From contig CM082579.2 in the NCBI GenBank assembly GCA_040954595.2, positions 13,579,834 to 13,643,833 of the forward strand: a DNA stretch of 64,000 nt, given 5' to 3'. Source of the stretch: Balanoglossus misakiensis (Eukaryota; Animalia; Hemichordata). Below are positions 12,805-25,658 of the stretch, in pieces. A program made the position numbers and the translations under genes. The first letter of the stretch is position 1; each line of letters starts with the position of its first letter. Under the pieces are notes generated by a model that saw only the letters and a program-made list of their open reading frames with translations, was not told where the DNA came from and did not search any database.

Positions 12805-15800
12805 ATGACTGGTGTCTGTAAGATTGATATTGCTTCCTACAACTGTAATGGGCTAGCTAACTCAGTTAAAAGAAGGGAGATTTTTACTTGGTTGCGTGAT
12901 AAATCACACAACATTTATTGCTTACAAGAAACCCACTCCACTGAACACAGTGAACAGTATTGGAAAGCTGAATGGGGTGCTGACATCCTGTTTAGTCATG
13001 GCACAAGTAATCGGAGAGGGGTTGCGATTCTGTTTAAAAATAATTTCTCTTATACCCTTCACCAAACTAGGGTTGATTCTGATGGCCGTTGGATCATGAT
13101 TGATATCACTGTTGATGCGCAGCGGTTCATCCTTGTTTGCATTTATGCCCCAAATGATGACACTCCTGTTTTCTTTGAGAATATTCACTCAATTCTTTTT
13201 AATTTTGGTAATGATACGTCGAATATCATTATTCTTGGAGACTACAACACTGTTCAAGATGACTTGCTTGATAGAGTTGGCACTGGTCGGGGTAATTATC
13301 ATATGAATGCATTCAAAAGCATTAAACAATTAATGCATTCGTGGGACTTATGTGACATCTGGCGGTTACGTAATCCAACTGTGAGGCGTTACACCTGGAG
13401 AAGAGGCAATCGTGCCAGTAGAATAGATTATTTTCTAGTGTCTTTTTGTCTTTCTTCAAAAATTATGAATGTTGTCATTGGAGAAAGATATCGTTCTGAC
13501 CACCATCTCATTAGTATTGGTTTTGAAACTAGTGTTTTCACGCGTGGCAAGGGTTACTGGCATTTTAATAATTCTCTTCTTAACGATCAGAATTTCATCA
13601 CCCAGTCAAAACGCTTTATTTCAGATTTCTTTAGTGCTAATAATGGTTCTGCGAATCCAAACAGTGTTTGGGATGCTTTCAAATGTGCTTTTAGAGGTCA
13701 TTGCATTAAATTTAGCTCAATTAAACAGCGCAAATGTAAAGAAAAGGAGAATCGTTTAATTGAGGAAATTAATGAGCTTCATACTATTATTGACTCGGGT
13801 TCTGATCATTATACAGATGACAATAATCTGCATTTATCGATGAAACAGGACGAACTTGAGTCTATTTATGCAGCTAGAACAGCTGGGCTTATGATTCGTG
13901 CCAAAGGTAGATGGCTTAATTGGGGCGAACGTCCTACAAAATATTTTCTTAATCTTGTTCACAGAAACTATTCAAGAGAAAATGTTATGTCTCTTGTTCG
14001 GTCTGACGGAACTATTTTATCAAACCCAACAGACATTTTGAGGGAAGAAGTTGTATTTTTTAAAGAACTTTATGCATTTGTAGACCCTCCAGTCCCTCTT
14101 AATCATGAGGACTGTTCCATTTTGTTTACCGATAACCATGTGAATCGGCTGAGTAGTTTTGAACAGCATATATGTGAAGGCTCTATTACTGCCAATGAAT
14201 TATGGCAAGCCATTAAATCCTTCCCAACTGGAAAATCTCCAGGGTTGGATGGTATGCCCGTTGAAATTTATAAAGCTTTCTTCACAGAATTGTGCACACC
14301 CATGCTTAATAGCTTCAATTATTCCTTTGAATGCGGCTTTTTATCACCTTCACAGAGGGAGGGGCTATTATCACTTCTCCTTAAACAGGATGCGCAGGGT
14401 AATGATAAGGACCCCACTTTTTTAAAGAATTGGAGACCTTTAACTTTACTTTGTTGTGATACTCGCATTCTTGCCAAAAGTCTCTCATTGCGTGTTAAAC
14501 GAGTTATTACTACAATTATCAATGAGGACCAAACTGGTTTTATTCATGGTAGATTTATTGCAGATAATATTAGGAGGCTTTTGGAGATTATAGATTTGTA
14601 CGAGAAGAATAAAGAGCCAGGTTTGGTCTTCATTGCTGATTTTGAGAAGGCTTTTGACAAATTGAGATGGGATTTTATTCTTAAGAGCTTAGAGTATTTT
14701 AATTTCGGTCCTTCTTTTCTGTCATGGATAAAAGTTTTGTATAACAATATTTCCAGTCGTATTATCAATTATGGTCATATTTCTGAAAATTTTATTCTTT
14801 CTCGGGGTGTTCGACAGGGTTGCCCACTGTCGCCATATTTATTTGTAATAGCCGTAGAAATGCTGGCAATACGGGTGAGAACATGTAATGACTTTAAAGG
14901 TCTAAAGACAGGCCCTATCGATAACAAGATTTCACAATATGCCGATGACACAAACTTTCCTTGTCAACCTGATTATTGTTCTTTTAATGCTTTGCTTGAT
15001 ATTTTGAAAGTGTTTTCTACATTCTCTGGTCTGAAACCCAATTATGAGAAATGTAAGGTATTGCGCATTGGTTCTCTTAAAAACACAGATTTCCATATCA
15101 ATACCGCCTTTCCTTTAGTATGGACTGATGGCGATGTTAATGTTCTTGGTATCCACATTCCAAATAATTCATCACATCTTGTAACTGTCAACTTTAATCC
15201 TCGGCTTGAAAAGGCGAGGAAGATACTGCAGCCATGGCAGGGTAGGGGGCTCACTTTTTATGGGAAAGTAACAATTATAAAATCCTTGGTCAATTCACAG
15301 TTTACTCATCTTTTCATGTCTCTACCATCTCCTGGTAATGACTTCTTTAAAAAGTATGAAACTTTAGTTTTCAATTTTTTGTGGGGTGGTAAGCGAGACA
15401 AGATTAAGAGGAATACCATCTACAATTCATATGTAAATGGGGGTCTCAATTTGACAAATTTGCCTGCCTTTAATTTGACGCTAAAGACAGCCTGGTTTTT
15501 GAGGATCATGTGCAACAATAGTTTATTTTGTAGTAAATGGTATAAATTTGTTCTTTCCAGTTTTGGTGGGCCCCAAGTGTATTATGCCAATTTAAAAAAA
15601 GATGATTTTCATATTTTGAACCCCATTAATTCTGTTTTCTTAAGACAAATTTATTCAGCATGGCTGCAGTATAATACCACTACAGTATCTGATAAAGACG
15701 ATGTATGCCAAGAACTAATTTGCAATAATTCTGAGATACGAATTAGTGATAAGCCAATATTGTGGAATAACTTTTCAAGGAATGGTGTTATTTTTATTAA

Positions 15801-16617
15801 TGATCTTATCGATGCTAATTGTAAGTTTTATAATTATGGGCAGTTTACTACAATATATGGTAATATTTGTACACAATTTCAGTATAATCAATTATTATGT
15901 GCAATACCACTTGATTGGAAAAATATTGTACAGAATTCACACTCGTCCAAACTACTGGTATGTAAGCCTAATTTTCGTAATCCCAATTGTTTGTCTGGTA
16001 AAAAACTCAATAGAGAGATGTACACTTTTTTTCTGAATTTACAAACACCTCAGGAGCTTTCTCCACACATAATACGTTATTGGTACGATGTATTTGATGA
16101 AGTATTTTCCTTAAAAACTGTGTTTTCGCTTCCTTTCAAATTAACAAATGATATTAAGCTTTGGAATTTTCAGTACAAACTAATAATGAAGATCTTGCCT
16201 TCAAACCGCATGCTTTACAAATGGCGAATAATTGACTCCCCACTTTGTATTTTTTGTAAAGATGTCGTAGAGGATTATTACCATCTTTTTTGGGATTGTA
16301 TTTATACTACTCAGTTTTGGATTTCAGTGAAAGAGTGGTTTTTTACTGTTACACTTAATACACTAAGGTTAAGTGCAATGTATTGTATTCTGGGTAATAT
16401 AGATGAGGGGGGTAGTCAACTTGCAAATTTCATTCTTTTGATTGGACGTTCTTATATTTTTAAATGTAAAGTATCGAATGTTTTGCCAAACATGCTTCAG
16501 TTTAAATCATATGTGAAATCTATTTATAAAATAGAAGATAATGTAGCCACTACAAATGATAGACAGGGGATACATCTAGAAAAATGGGGAGCTTTTGTCA
16601 ACTTGTTCGTTGATTAG
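12805..16617 (+). CDS. ORF2: L1/Tx1 ORF2p (APE endonuclease, RT, Cys-rich zinc finger)
   Basis: 1270 aa; SYNCNGL, LQETH, GDYN, SRIDYF, SDH; NWRPLTLL, DFEKAFD, GVRQGCPLSP, QYADD; CIFC...HLFWDC. Confidence 0.97.
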   Translation: MTGVCKIDIASYNCNGLANSVKRREIFTWLRDKSHNIYCLQETHSTEHSEQYWKAEWGADILFSHGTSNRRGVAILFKNNFSYTLHQTRVDSDGRWIMIDITVDAQRFILVCIYAPNDDTPVFFENIHSILFNFGNDTSNIIILGDYNTVQDDLLDRVGTGRGNYHMNAFKSIKQLMHSWDLCDIWRLRNPTVRRYTWRRGNRASRIDYFLVSFCLSSKIMNVVIGERYRSDHHLISIGFETSVFTRGKGYWHFNNSLLNDQNFITQSKRFISDFFSANNGSANPNSVWDAFKCAFRGHCIKFSSIKQRKCKEKENRLIEEINELHTIIDSGSDHYTDDNNLHLSMKQDELESIYAARTAGLMIRAKGRWLNWGERPTKYFLNLVHRNYSRENVMSLVRSDGTILSNPTDILREEVVFFKELYAFVDPPVPLNHEDCSILFTDNHVNRLSSFEQHICEGSITANELWQAIKSFPTGKSPGLDGMPVEIYKAFFTELCTPMLNSFNYSFECGFLSPSQREGLLSLLLKQDAQGNDKDPTFLKNWRPLTLLCCDTRILAKSLSLRVKRVITTIINEDQTGFIHGRFIADNIRRLLEIIDLYEKNKEPGLVFIADFEKAFDKLRWDFILKSLEYFNFGPSFLSWIKVLYNNISSRIINYGHISENFILSRGVRQGCPLSPYLFVIAVEMLAIRVRTCNDFKGLKTGPIDNKISQYADDTNFPCQPDYCSFNALLDILKVFSTFSGLKPNYEKCKVLRIGSLKNTDFHINTAFPLVWTDGDVNVLGIHIPNNSSHLVTVNFNPRLEKARKILQPWQGRGLTFYGKVTIIKSLVNSQFTHLFMSLPSPGNDFFKKYETLVFNFLWGGKRDKIKRNTIYNSYVNGGLNLTNLPAFNLTLKTAWFLRIMCNNSLFCSKWYKFVLSSFGGPQVYYANLKKDDFHILNPINSVFLRQIYSAWLQYNTTTVSDKDDVCQELICNNSEIRISDKPILWNNFSRNGVIFINDLIDANCKFYNYGQFTTIYGNICTQFQYNQLLCAIPLDWKNIVQNSHSSKLLVCKPNFRNPNCLSGKKLNREMYTFFLNLQTPQELSPHIIRYWYDVFDEVFSLKTVFSLPFKLTNDIKLWNFQYKLIMKILPSNRMLYKWRIIDSPLCIFCKDVVEDYYHLFWDCIYTTQFWISVKEWFFTVTLNTLRLSAMYCILGNIDEGGSQLANFILLIGRSYIFKCKVSNVLPNMLQFKSYVKSIYKIEDNVATTNDRQGIHLEKWGAFVNLFVD

Positions 16618-17814
16618 TGTTCTTTTTGTGGTTTCTTTCTTTTTCTTGTCTTTGTCGACTTTTTTGTTTTTGTCCTGTATTTTTGAAATGAAAAAAAAAA
16701 ATAAAAAAAAAAAAAAAAAAAAAACATCGCTTCTGCACAATGGCGTTCGGTCATCGATTTCAAATTCTGGATTACGGTGAGATAGCGAGTCGCCATCTGG
16801 GTCGACGTTTTCAGTGTTGTCACTCATGTTTTACTGTCATAATTAATATTCACCGATAAGATTAATAAATCGCCGCCCTAGTCGACACTACGTGGCCTCA
16901 CTGTAGGTTGTATTGTTTACATCAGAGATTCACACCTCGCCAAGGGGTGGCTTATCAGTAAATTGCTAACGAAGTGTTGACAAACCGTCGTCTTGACTAT
17001 TGTTCGGAAGACAGGAAAACCAAAATTAGCACATCGTTGCGGTAATTTTTGATGAAAGACATGATGTCAACCTTTTCAATGAAGTGATCGGTTGAATTTG
17101 AGGGGTGGGACCGACCAACGCTGTCGGTGTTCGAAGTGGCAATGATCACTTTACGTGATGTCATCACGAGAATGCGTCGCGTTATCGACCAAAATTCGTG
17201 TAATAACCCCTTTATCGTACATGCCTACCTATAAAACAGTACGATTTGCGAAAATGCACCGAGAAAAACAATTTCACGGCCAGAAATTTGAACAGGACGT
17301 CCTGAGATCACAGCAGTAGCCCATAGCCAAGTGAAACTGGGCGATGCGATCAGGTGATCAACGTGTAGGCAGTAGTATCATTCTAAGGGGCTGGCAGCTT
17401 CAATTACGATGGGCACATCCGCATTCTGAATAAAATTGTCTACGTTCTCTTTCCAAATAACAAGTTAACAATTATTTTGCATTGAGAAATACGACGCAAG
17501 AAAAATGATACATTCAACATGGCAAAACCACCAGGTTTGAAAACGTTATTACATGCTTTATTTTTATCGATCGTCCATCAATGGTCCCCTAGGACTGCGA
17601 GGCGAACGCGAACGAGACCCAGGCTCCACTGGGACGCCGCGTTGTTGCCGTCCATCCTACACATGCACGTACGTACGCAGATCGCTTGGCGCAAAGGGTG
17701 GCGCAGAATGCATGGTGCAAACACATGGCGCAGAGTTCCCTTTTATGAAAATGCGCCTGGCGCAGAACCTGGTGCAGACTACCGAGTTTTGACCTCTTAC
17801 ATACCTGCCTCCAT

Positions 17815-20800
17815 TTGAGTTTGCTCGCTGCTCGATTCTGTCTCTGTAGACATCTGAGGCTGGTTGATGACCGTACCGGTACTGTATGAATGGAAGATTT
17901 GTCTCCACCTTTCTGCCGGGGAACATCAACGCGAATGGAGACGGAACGTCTGCTGTGATGGGTGTATCACGTAGCGTTGTGAGGATTTCTCTCAGGTTTT
18001 CCTCTCCTTTCTTGAGCGACTTTTAAGCATGGCTTTCACCGTGCCTCTTCCTGCACGCCCATTCGCTTGTTGGTGATAGGGTGCACTGGTGGAATACCAT
18101 ATTTCATGGGATCTGCAGTACTCGTGGTATCATTCCTCACTTATGAGTTGTGAGCCGTTGTCGGAAATCAATTTCTCGGGGTAGCCGAAATTGGAGAAAA
18201 TTTCGTCTAGCTTGCCAATGACTGTTGAGCTTCGTGTGTTGGGTAGCTTGTTTGCCCAGACGAAACCTGTGTAGTAGTCAACGCTAAGCAGGTACTGAGA
18301 TGACTCAAACTCGAATAAGTCGCTGCCAATCGTCTGCATGGCTTCAATGCTGTGGATTGGTTGTACTGGAAGCTTGGTTTGGCTTCGCTGATATGACATG
18401 ATATGATATGATATTGGTTACAGTCGCGTACCATGTTTTCGATGTCTGCGTTCAGACCGGGCCAGTACACTGATTGTCGGGCTCGAAGTCTGGTTTTCTC
18501 GACACCTTGGTGCTGTTGGTGAAGTACTTGTAGGATGTGTTGACTCATACTGGACGGTATGACGATTCTGTGACCTTTCAGCACAACACCCTTAGAGCGA
18601 TGCTGTCAGTATGCGTGGGCTGTTTCGTTGCACTGGTTCTTCTCTTTCGGCCATCCGTTTGTTATGTACACAGACAATGACTAAAGAACTGAGTCAGCGT
18701 CAGTCAGTTGGCGGATCCGATCTATGACAAAGGGCTTCATAGTGGAAATTTCGTGCACATGAACATCAACATCAGGAAACTGATATGTGGTCTGCTTCGT
18801 GTCTACGCATCTGGAAAAACAGTCGGCGAGTGGTACGTCCTGACCTGGGACGTAATGGATAGCGTACTTGTATCCCTGTATGTGTAGAATCAGTCTCTGC
18901 AGCCTAACTGGCATCTTGCAAATTTGCTTCTTTGCTATCGCTTCTAGTATAGTGGCTTGTGGTCGGTGTGAATGGTATAACGTCTACTAAACACGTAGTG
19001 CTTGAAGTGTATCGTTGCCCATACAACAGCTAACATCTCGCGTTCTATGTTGCTGTAGTTAGACTCAGCGGGGGTGAGGGCTTTCGATGCGAAATGGATT
19101 GGTTTGCCATTCTGCAGTAACACAGCACCTAGACCTTTGCATGATGCATCACACTGGATCACGATTTCTTTGCTAGCGTCGAAGTAGGTAAGTACTGGCG
19201 CTTTGGTGATAGCATTTATCCTGTGTAGTGCTTGGTCGTGGCTTTCAGACCAAATAAACAGGACGTCTTTCTGTAGTAGTTTTCTGAGTGGTTCAGTCAG
19301 TGGACTCAGCTTCACGAACTTTGACAGATAGTTTACGAGACTGAGGAGTGACTGTAGCTCTTGTTTGTTTGTTGGCGCTTTCAGTTTCTGGATTGCAGCC
19401 ACTTTAGATGGGTCGGGCGATACTCCATCTTTGCTCAGGATGTGTCCGAACAGCTTAAGTCTGTCTTTGTTAAACTGACATTTCTCGCCGTTGAGCTTGA
19501 CATTGTTCTGTCTGCAGGCTTTCATGACATTTTGTATGGCTATGTCATGCTGTTGTCTGGATTCGGCAGCAATGAGGATGTCATCCTTTATGCAGTATTC
19601 ATTGCTGACCTTCTGGAAAATCCGATCCAGCTCAATCTTGAATACTTCTTGGGCTGAGATGAGTCCAAACGGTAGGCGTGTGAAGCAATATCTGCCGTAT
19701 ATAGTGCTGAATGTGGTGAGGAGTTGCGATTCCTCATCAAGTGGGATATTCCAATATCCGCTTCTGAGATCAAGTGTTGAGAAGTACTTTGCGTTCTTCA
19801 GCTCTGGATGAATGTCATCAAGAGTTTTCGCGTAGTAGTGTGGACGTTTGATGAACTTGTTAAGTTCGCGTGGGTCCAGACATATGCGTAGGGATCCGTC
19901 AGCCTTTGTGACAAGTACAATGTTGTTGACCCATTCAGTCGGTTCCTGTACTTCCCTGATGACGCCGATTTCAATCAGACGGTCAAGTTCTTGTCTGAGA
20001 GGGGTTTTCAGTGCGTCGGGTGTTCTCCTTGTTGCGTTAACTGTGGGCACTGCTCCATCAGACAGCTGGATTTTGTGTTCATTTTGGATTTTGCCAACAC
20101 CTTCGAACACATCAGCGTTGTCATTGATGAAATGTTCCTTGCTGGTGTACGATGCGATTTCTTTCACATCGAATTTCTCAAAGCAGCTGTGTCTATCACA
20201 GGGAAATTTCACTAGTCCTAGCTTGGCGCATAAGCTGAGGCCGAGTAGGTTGTTCCCCTGTTCTGAGATGAAGGACACGACGTTAAGTAGACGGGCGTTT
20301 TGATGCTCGATGACCGGGACAGTTACTTTCCCATGGTTTGGGAAACGTTTGCCTCCATATCCGCTAAGACGCATATCAGTTGTGTCTGGCTTGTGGTTTG
20401 GGCCAAACAGTGTTCGGTATGTGGTATAGTCATGCGTTTTCTTATCATGCTGATCAGCTGGTTGAGTGTTTTTATTGGTGGTAGAGCGGCATTTCTTTGC
20501 CCAGTGGTTGCGTTTGCCACATTTCCTGCAGTCCTGTCCGAAAGCTGGACATTTTCTTGGCGGGTGGTCCAGGCCACAGTTTCTGCATTCCCCACCTGTG
20601 TTTTGCTTCAGCTTGCTTTGTTTGTGGTTATGCACCTTCGCCCTGGCGGAGTGTACAACTTCTCCTGGTTCAGGCGGCGTTGCTTGCCCCATAGTCTTCA
20701 GTGCAGATACATGTGCATTGGCGGCTTCATAAGTTCTACCGAGGGCTATGGCTTCATTGAGCGTGTATTTTTTAGGCTTTGTTAACAGCTCTTTCTGGAA

Positions 20801-20895
20801 CTCAAGTATTGGCGTAGCGGCAATGATTAAATAGGTCGAAGGATTCAGTTAAATTGTCCGACTCCCAGTTCATAACCGGTATTTTGTTTGCCATG
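17815..20895 (-). pseudogene. pol: Gypsy #1 gag-pol, internally deleted and frameshifted (C-terminal tail continues at 10627-10975)
   Basis: ORF 18944-20692 has zinc knuckles, LRICLDPRELN, LDLRSGYW, IKDD, QCDAS and NIERE. ORFs 18130-18584 carry the integrase HHCC region and core (SVDYY, ISDNG). Confidence 0.9.
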
Positions 20896-21042
20896 GTCGT
20901 TTCGGGAAATGTGCTCGCTGTGTGTTGCTAGGTATATGCTATACATTAGGCTGGGCTGTGTTCACATCAAAAGTCAACTTACGCCAATTGCTTCGGATTG
21001 GGTATCACTCGTCTTCTGATGTCAACCGTCGCTGGGTCACCA

Positions 21043-21273
21043 TGTTATGTTTACTGACTCGGTGAGATCAGGTAATGTTTTGTGTAACTCGTTTAATGAG
21101 AAACTTCAACTGGAACACGAACACAACAACTGTACGTTCTGCTAGTACAAGATGGCAGCCATGAACGCGGGAAAAATCATGACCTTACAATGTCATATGA
21201 ACTCTGCTAGAGGGCGCTCTATCAAAGCATTGCATGTGGTATGCTATAGTGAGATTATAGGTATATCATAACA
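21043..21273 (-). repeat. 5' LTR of Gypsy #1
   Basis: Repeat of 10134-10364; preceded by gctgggtcacca (PBS on minus strand, tRNA-Trp-like). Confidence 0.93.
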
Positions 21274-21479
21274 GACATTTTTTTTTATTTAATTTATTTA
21301 ATTTAATTTGGGCGATAAAGAATTTTACAGCGCTCAAAAAACAGATGCTGATACATTTAAAGGTACAGATACAGATTCAGTAACAAATATTACATATTAA
21401 ATTGTGGTATATATTAAATTGTTGTATATGCAATTTCAAAGGAGATTCTCAAGTTACAGATATCATTATACATCAACAT

Positions 21480-24400
21480 TTTCCCATTTCAGTAAAGCAT
21501 TCTCTATACAGTTATTTCTTTTGGCAATATACATTTCCACTTTCTTCATAATTCGTACATACATTTTCACAATATTAAAGGAAGGGAGACCTTACAATCA
21601 TAAATAGTATTCTTTGTGACAAGTATTACGTGATTTAAAAGTGAATTAAGAGATGCATCTCCCAAGAGAATTTGTTTAGCGGAAAGATTAGGAGGTGCAT
21701 CAAGTGCAGAGCCCCACAGGAGCAAAAAGCTTCTCCATAAAGTTTGTACACATTCACACTCTACAAATAGATGAAGAATGGTCTCGTCGACTTTTTGACA
21801 AAAAGTACAAAGACTACTGTTAACTCTGGGAGGATTCATACGAAACAAAATACGGTTTGTACATAAAACATTATGATTTAACTTCCACTGGAACTCTTGC
21901 AATTTTTTTTCTATTGTGACCTTGAATGGTAGTGCAAAAATATGACACCACTCATTTTTGTCCACAGTTAAAAAACTGTGAAAAGTACAGCACACTCTTT
22001 GGAGGAAATACATAACTTGCTGTGAAAAGTTTTCTAATATTTTTCACCGTACACTTCCTCAATGGCATAACTTTGTTACAAATTATTACACTGATAGGCA
22101 ATTCTGGCCTAATTACTTCCACATTACATTTCTTCCAATTTGATGGAATTGACTGTAAAATACCTTGCCATTGTAAAAGATGGTTAAGAGTACATCCCAT
22201 AGCAGATAAATCAATCCACGTTTTCAAATTATTGTATTGATTAAAGATGTCTACAATGTACACTATACCTTTTTGGAAGAAAAGCTTATTAAAAATTCAA
22301 CAATTGTTAATGAGAATTTCTTTGTTGTCCCAAATGATTTGTTGCGTAATACCAAAATAATTACAAGGATTAATGTCACTCCAAAATTCCAACATTTCAA
22401 TGACAAAGTCTGGTAGTTGAATGGGAAGAGGTTTTACACTGTAGTTACACCTGAAAATGAGTCTGCCACCAATTGGTTGCAGAAAAAAATCCAAAATTAG
22501 TTTCCATGGGAGCTTTGTCTCAGACACGTAGCGCTTAATCCATGAAATTTTAAAAGCTTTGTACAATGCAAAACTGTCTATCATGCCTATTCCCCCTTCT
22601 CTAATATCACCGATTATCGTATTTCTGCTGACCCTATCAGGGCCATTCCAAATAAATTTGTGGATGACATTGTTAATTGTTTTGATATCTGAGAATTTGA
22701 TATTTATAAGGTTGAAAATGTACAGAAACTTGGAAATGATCAATGTTTTAACAATCTGGATTTTACCAATTAAGGTAAGCCCTCTGGACCGCCAGTGGCA
22801 AAGCAAACGTGACATTTATAAGCAGCAGCAAGGTTATAAGAAAAGAAAATGCCCACAATTTTAATTGGCGTCTCTGGCCATTTTATACCAAAAGGTTTAT
22901 CCTCTCTGTGCCTCCCTTTGCCAAGCCACATAGCTTCCGTTTTGTTACGATTTATACATAAACCAGATGCTAAATGAAAATTGTTTAAAAGAGAAAAAAG
23001 ATTCACAGCAGATGTTTCGTCTGCCAAGAAACATGTCAGATCATCTGCAAATGCAGCATTTTTGATTTCTTTGTTTAATATACCAATGCCATGAATATTA
23101 TCATTTTGTTGAAAAGCAACTGAAAGTACTTCCAACCCAATGATAAAAAGAGCTGGGGATAGAGGGTCTCCTTGACGAACACATCGCTGTAAATCAAAAT
23201 ATCCTGTTGAGAGGCCACAATTAAGAACACAGCTGGTTGGATGTGAATAAAAAGTGCGAATCCAATTCATAAGAGAAGGGCCAACATTTAAAGCTTCAAG
23301 AGCTTTATACAGAAATGGCCATTCTAGGCTGTCAAAAGCCTTCTCAAAAGCTACTGCCATAAGAATACCAGGTAAGTTTTCCATTTTTGTAAACTCCAAA
23401 ATGCTATCTATGATTCTTACACAATCACCTATTTGACGACCCTTTATAAAAGCACACTGGGTCTCATTAATAATATTATGCAAGATCTTGTCTAAACGTC
23501 TAGAAATACATTTCGCACCAATCTTGTAATCAACATTTAAGAGTGTAATGTGCCTCCAGTTTTTAACAAAACGTTTGTCTTTACCCTTTTTCTCAATGAG
23601 AGTGATAACACCTTGCTTCTGACTGTTTGACAAAACACCCATCTCATAACCTTTGTTTAAAGAATTAACAACATAGTAACCTATAAGAGGCCAAAATTTC
23701 ATATAAAATTCAACAGACAGGCCATCATTACCTGGAGTTTTGTTTGATGGCATACTAGAGAGGGCCTGGAACGCTTCATCATAAGTGATGAGGCCATCAC
23801 AAGAGGCGCTATCTGTATCAGTTAACATGGGCAAGTTTACCATGTTGAAAAAGTCAGTAATGGAGTTCAGATTTTCATGATTTTGTTTACTATGATAAAG
23901 CTTGGAATAAAAAGACTTAAGTTCTCCTAAAATCTCTTGAGAGTCCGTAATCCTCCTCCCTTCATCATTTATAATTTGGACAATGTGGGACTTCTTAGAA
24001 TTAACCTTTTCCAAACTAAGAAAATAATTTGTATTCTTTTCCCCCAGCTCATACCAGTTTGCTCTTGAACGAATAATGCTACCTTCAACAACGTAATCTA
24101 ATTCTATCTGCAATTCCTTTCTTATACATTCAATCTCATCCCTAATCTCATTGGATGGATCAGAAGCTAGAGCTACCTCCATATGGGTAAGCTTGGTCTC
24201 AAGCTCAGAAATATTATCTCTTCTAGCTTTTGCCTTTTGTTTCCCATAAGAAAGAGAGGCTGTCTTAATTTTGTACTTCAAAAAATCCCAAACTTGAATT
24301 GGCTCTTGAGAGTGCTACTCATCTACCCAATTTTCAAAGTTGCCATAAATAAGTTTGATAAACTGATCATCTAGAAGAAAGCTATTATTGAACTTCCAGT

Positions 24401-25151
24401 AGGAACGCCCAAGCCTGGCTCGACTATCACCAATGGAAAGAGTAATTGCAGAATGGTCACTATAATTACAAGAAATGATATCTGTATCTGAGACAGCTTG
24501 CTGCAGAGAGCTGCTCACTAAGAAATAATCTAAATGACTCTGAATTAACTCGGGACGCAATTTGCTCCAGGTAAAACGTCTCGTGGAAGGATTACGGACT
24601 CTCCAAATATCCGAAAGATCAAATTTAGCACAAAGCTCACTCAAAATAGTAGCTGACTTTTTCCACGTGGTTGGGTTTCCACCTTTCCTGTCAAGTTAGG
24701 ATTTATAGTCATATTATGATCCCTTACCCAAATAATCTCTCTATCTGGTTCTATTTCCATAGCATAAAGCATTTCAGTGATCTGTGAAAGATATGAAACA
24801 TGCTCAGTTTCATTATTTGGACCATAACAATTTATGAGTAAATACGGCTTTTCAAAAATATCTTCTGAAATAATAATCCGACAATCTTTATCGGTACTTA
24901 CATTATAAATAGAGAAATGTACATTTCTAAAAATAACAAGTACACCTCTACTATTGGAGGTACCGTGTGAAAAAAAAATGGCCAGGGAGTAGACTTGGCC
25001 ACAGCTGTTCATCTTTAGGCACACTATGAGTTTCTTGAAGGAAAATGATATTTGGATTTTTCTTTTGCAACCACTGAAAAACACCTTTTCGTTTCTTATA
25101 GTTAGCAATACCACGCACATTTGCTGAAATTACATTATAGTTCTCTGACAT
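21480..25151 (-). pseudogene. ORF2: ORF2 (APE-RT-Zn finger) of L1 #2, multiple frameshifts
   Basis: Fragments: ISANVRGI/LQETH; YSDH/YWKFN; VRQGDPLSP and FADD (22770-24281); CTFC...HLFVEC. Confidence 0.92.
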
Positions 25152-25658
25152 CAAATTTGACAGAAAATAACTGTACAAAGATGCACTGAATTTTTTCTAA
25201 ATCTCCCAAAATTTTCAAAATAGAAAAGAAAAAAGGAAAAAAAATGAACTCTACAAAGAGCTCAGCAAAGACCGAAAACAAAAGAAAAACAAAACAACAG
25301 GCAAGGTGGAGGATCTGGTACATGGCGTAAAGCAATTTAGGGAGGTGTGGGGAAAGAATATCTCCCCAACAGCGATAACCATAGTCAAAAGCATAATTGA
25401 CTAATGCAGTAAAATGAGAAAAGAGAGAGAGAGAAAAAACAAGACATGAATGATCACAACATCGAATAACAGGTCAACAAAAAGCATTTCTCTAATGGCA
25501 GGTGTCCATGTATACAGACAAGTAAAAGAGGACTGATCACCAGTAGCGACATTGCTCTCACACTGACATCAAAAGGATATGATAAACAAGTCAATGTCTT
25601 TGCTGGTAATCTTGTGGTGAAGGCGTGTATTTTGAGTTGTTGATGTAGAGTTGACCAT

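Larger units (their letters stand above)
11429..16722 (+). mobile_element. Full-length intact L1/Tx1-clade LINE
   Basis: 13-bp TSD aacatcgcttctg at 11416-11428 and 16723-16735; ~35-nt poly(A); two uninterrupted ORFs. Confidence 0.96.
10983..17807. mobile_element. Non-autonomous TIR DNA transposon with 7-bp TSD (P-superfamily-like), inserted in the Gypsy #1 integrase
   Basis: TIRs ~10983-11173 and ~17628-17807 (first ~128 bp near-perfect). TSD cctccat at 10976-10982 and 17808-17814. Right end reads CAGG on the minus strand. Superfamily inferred from TSD length only. Confidence 0.8.
10134..21273 (-). mobile_element. Decayed Gypsy LTR retrotransposon #1 with nested insertions
   Basis: LTRs 10134-10364 and 21043-21273 (TGTTATG...CATAACA, several mismatches). 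PPT (aaggaggggga on minus) next to 10364; PBS tggtgaccc next to 21043; flanks gacac/gacat; order PR-RT-RH-IN. Confidence 0.93.

Noticed and set aside
12474-12821. Hydrophobic membrane-protein-like ORFs
   Set aside because: Artefact of the T-rich L1 inter-ORF spacer.
16576-16827. Minus-strand ORF as transposase of the P-like element
   Set aside because: After removing the L1 the frame stops within a few codons and shows no THAP or DDE motif; the poly-Phe run is the L1 poly(A).
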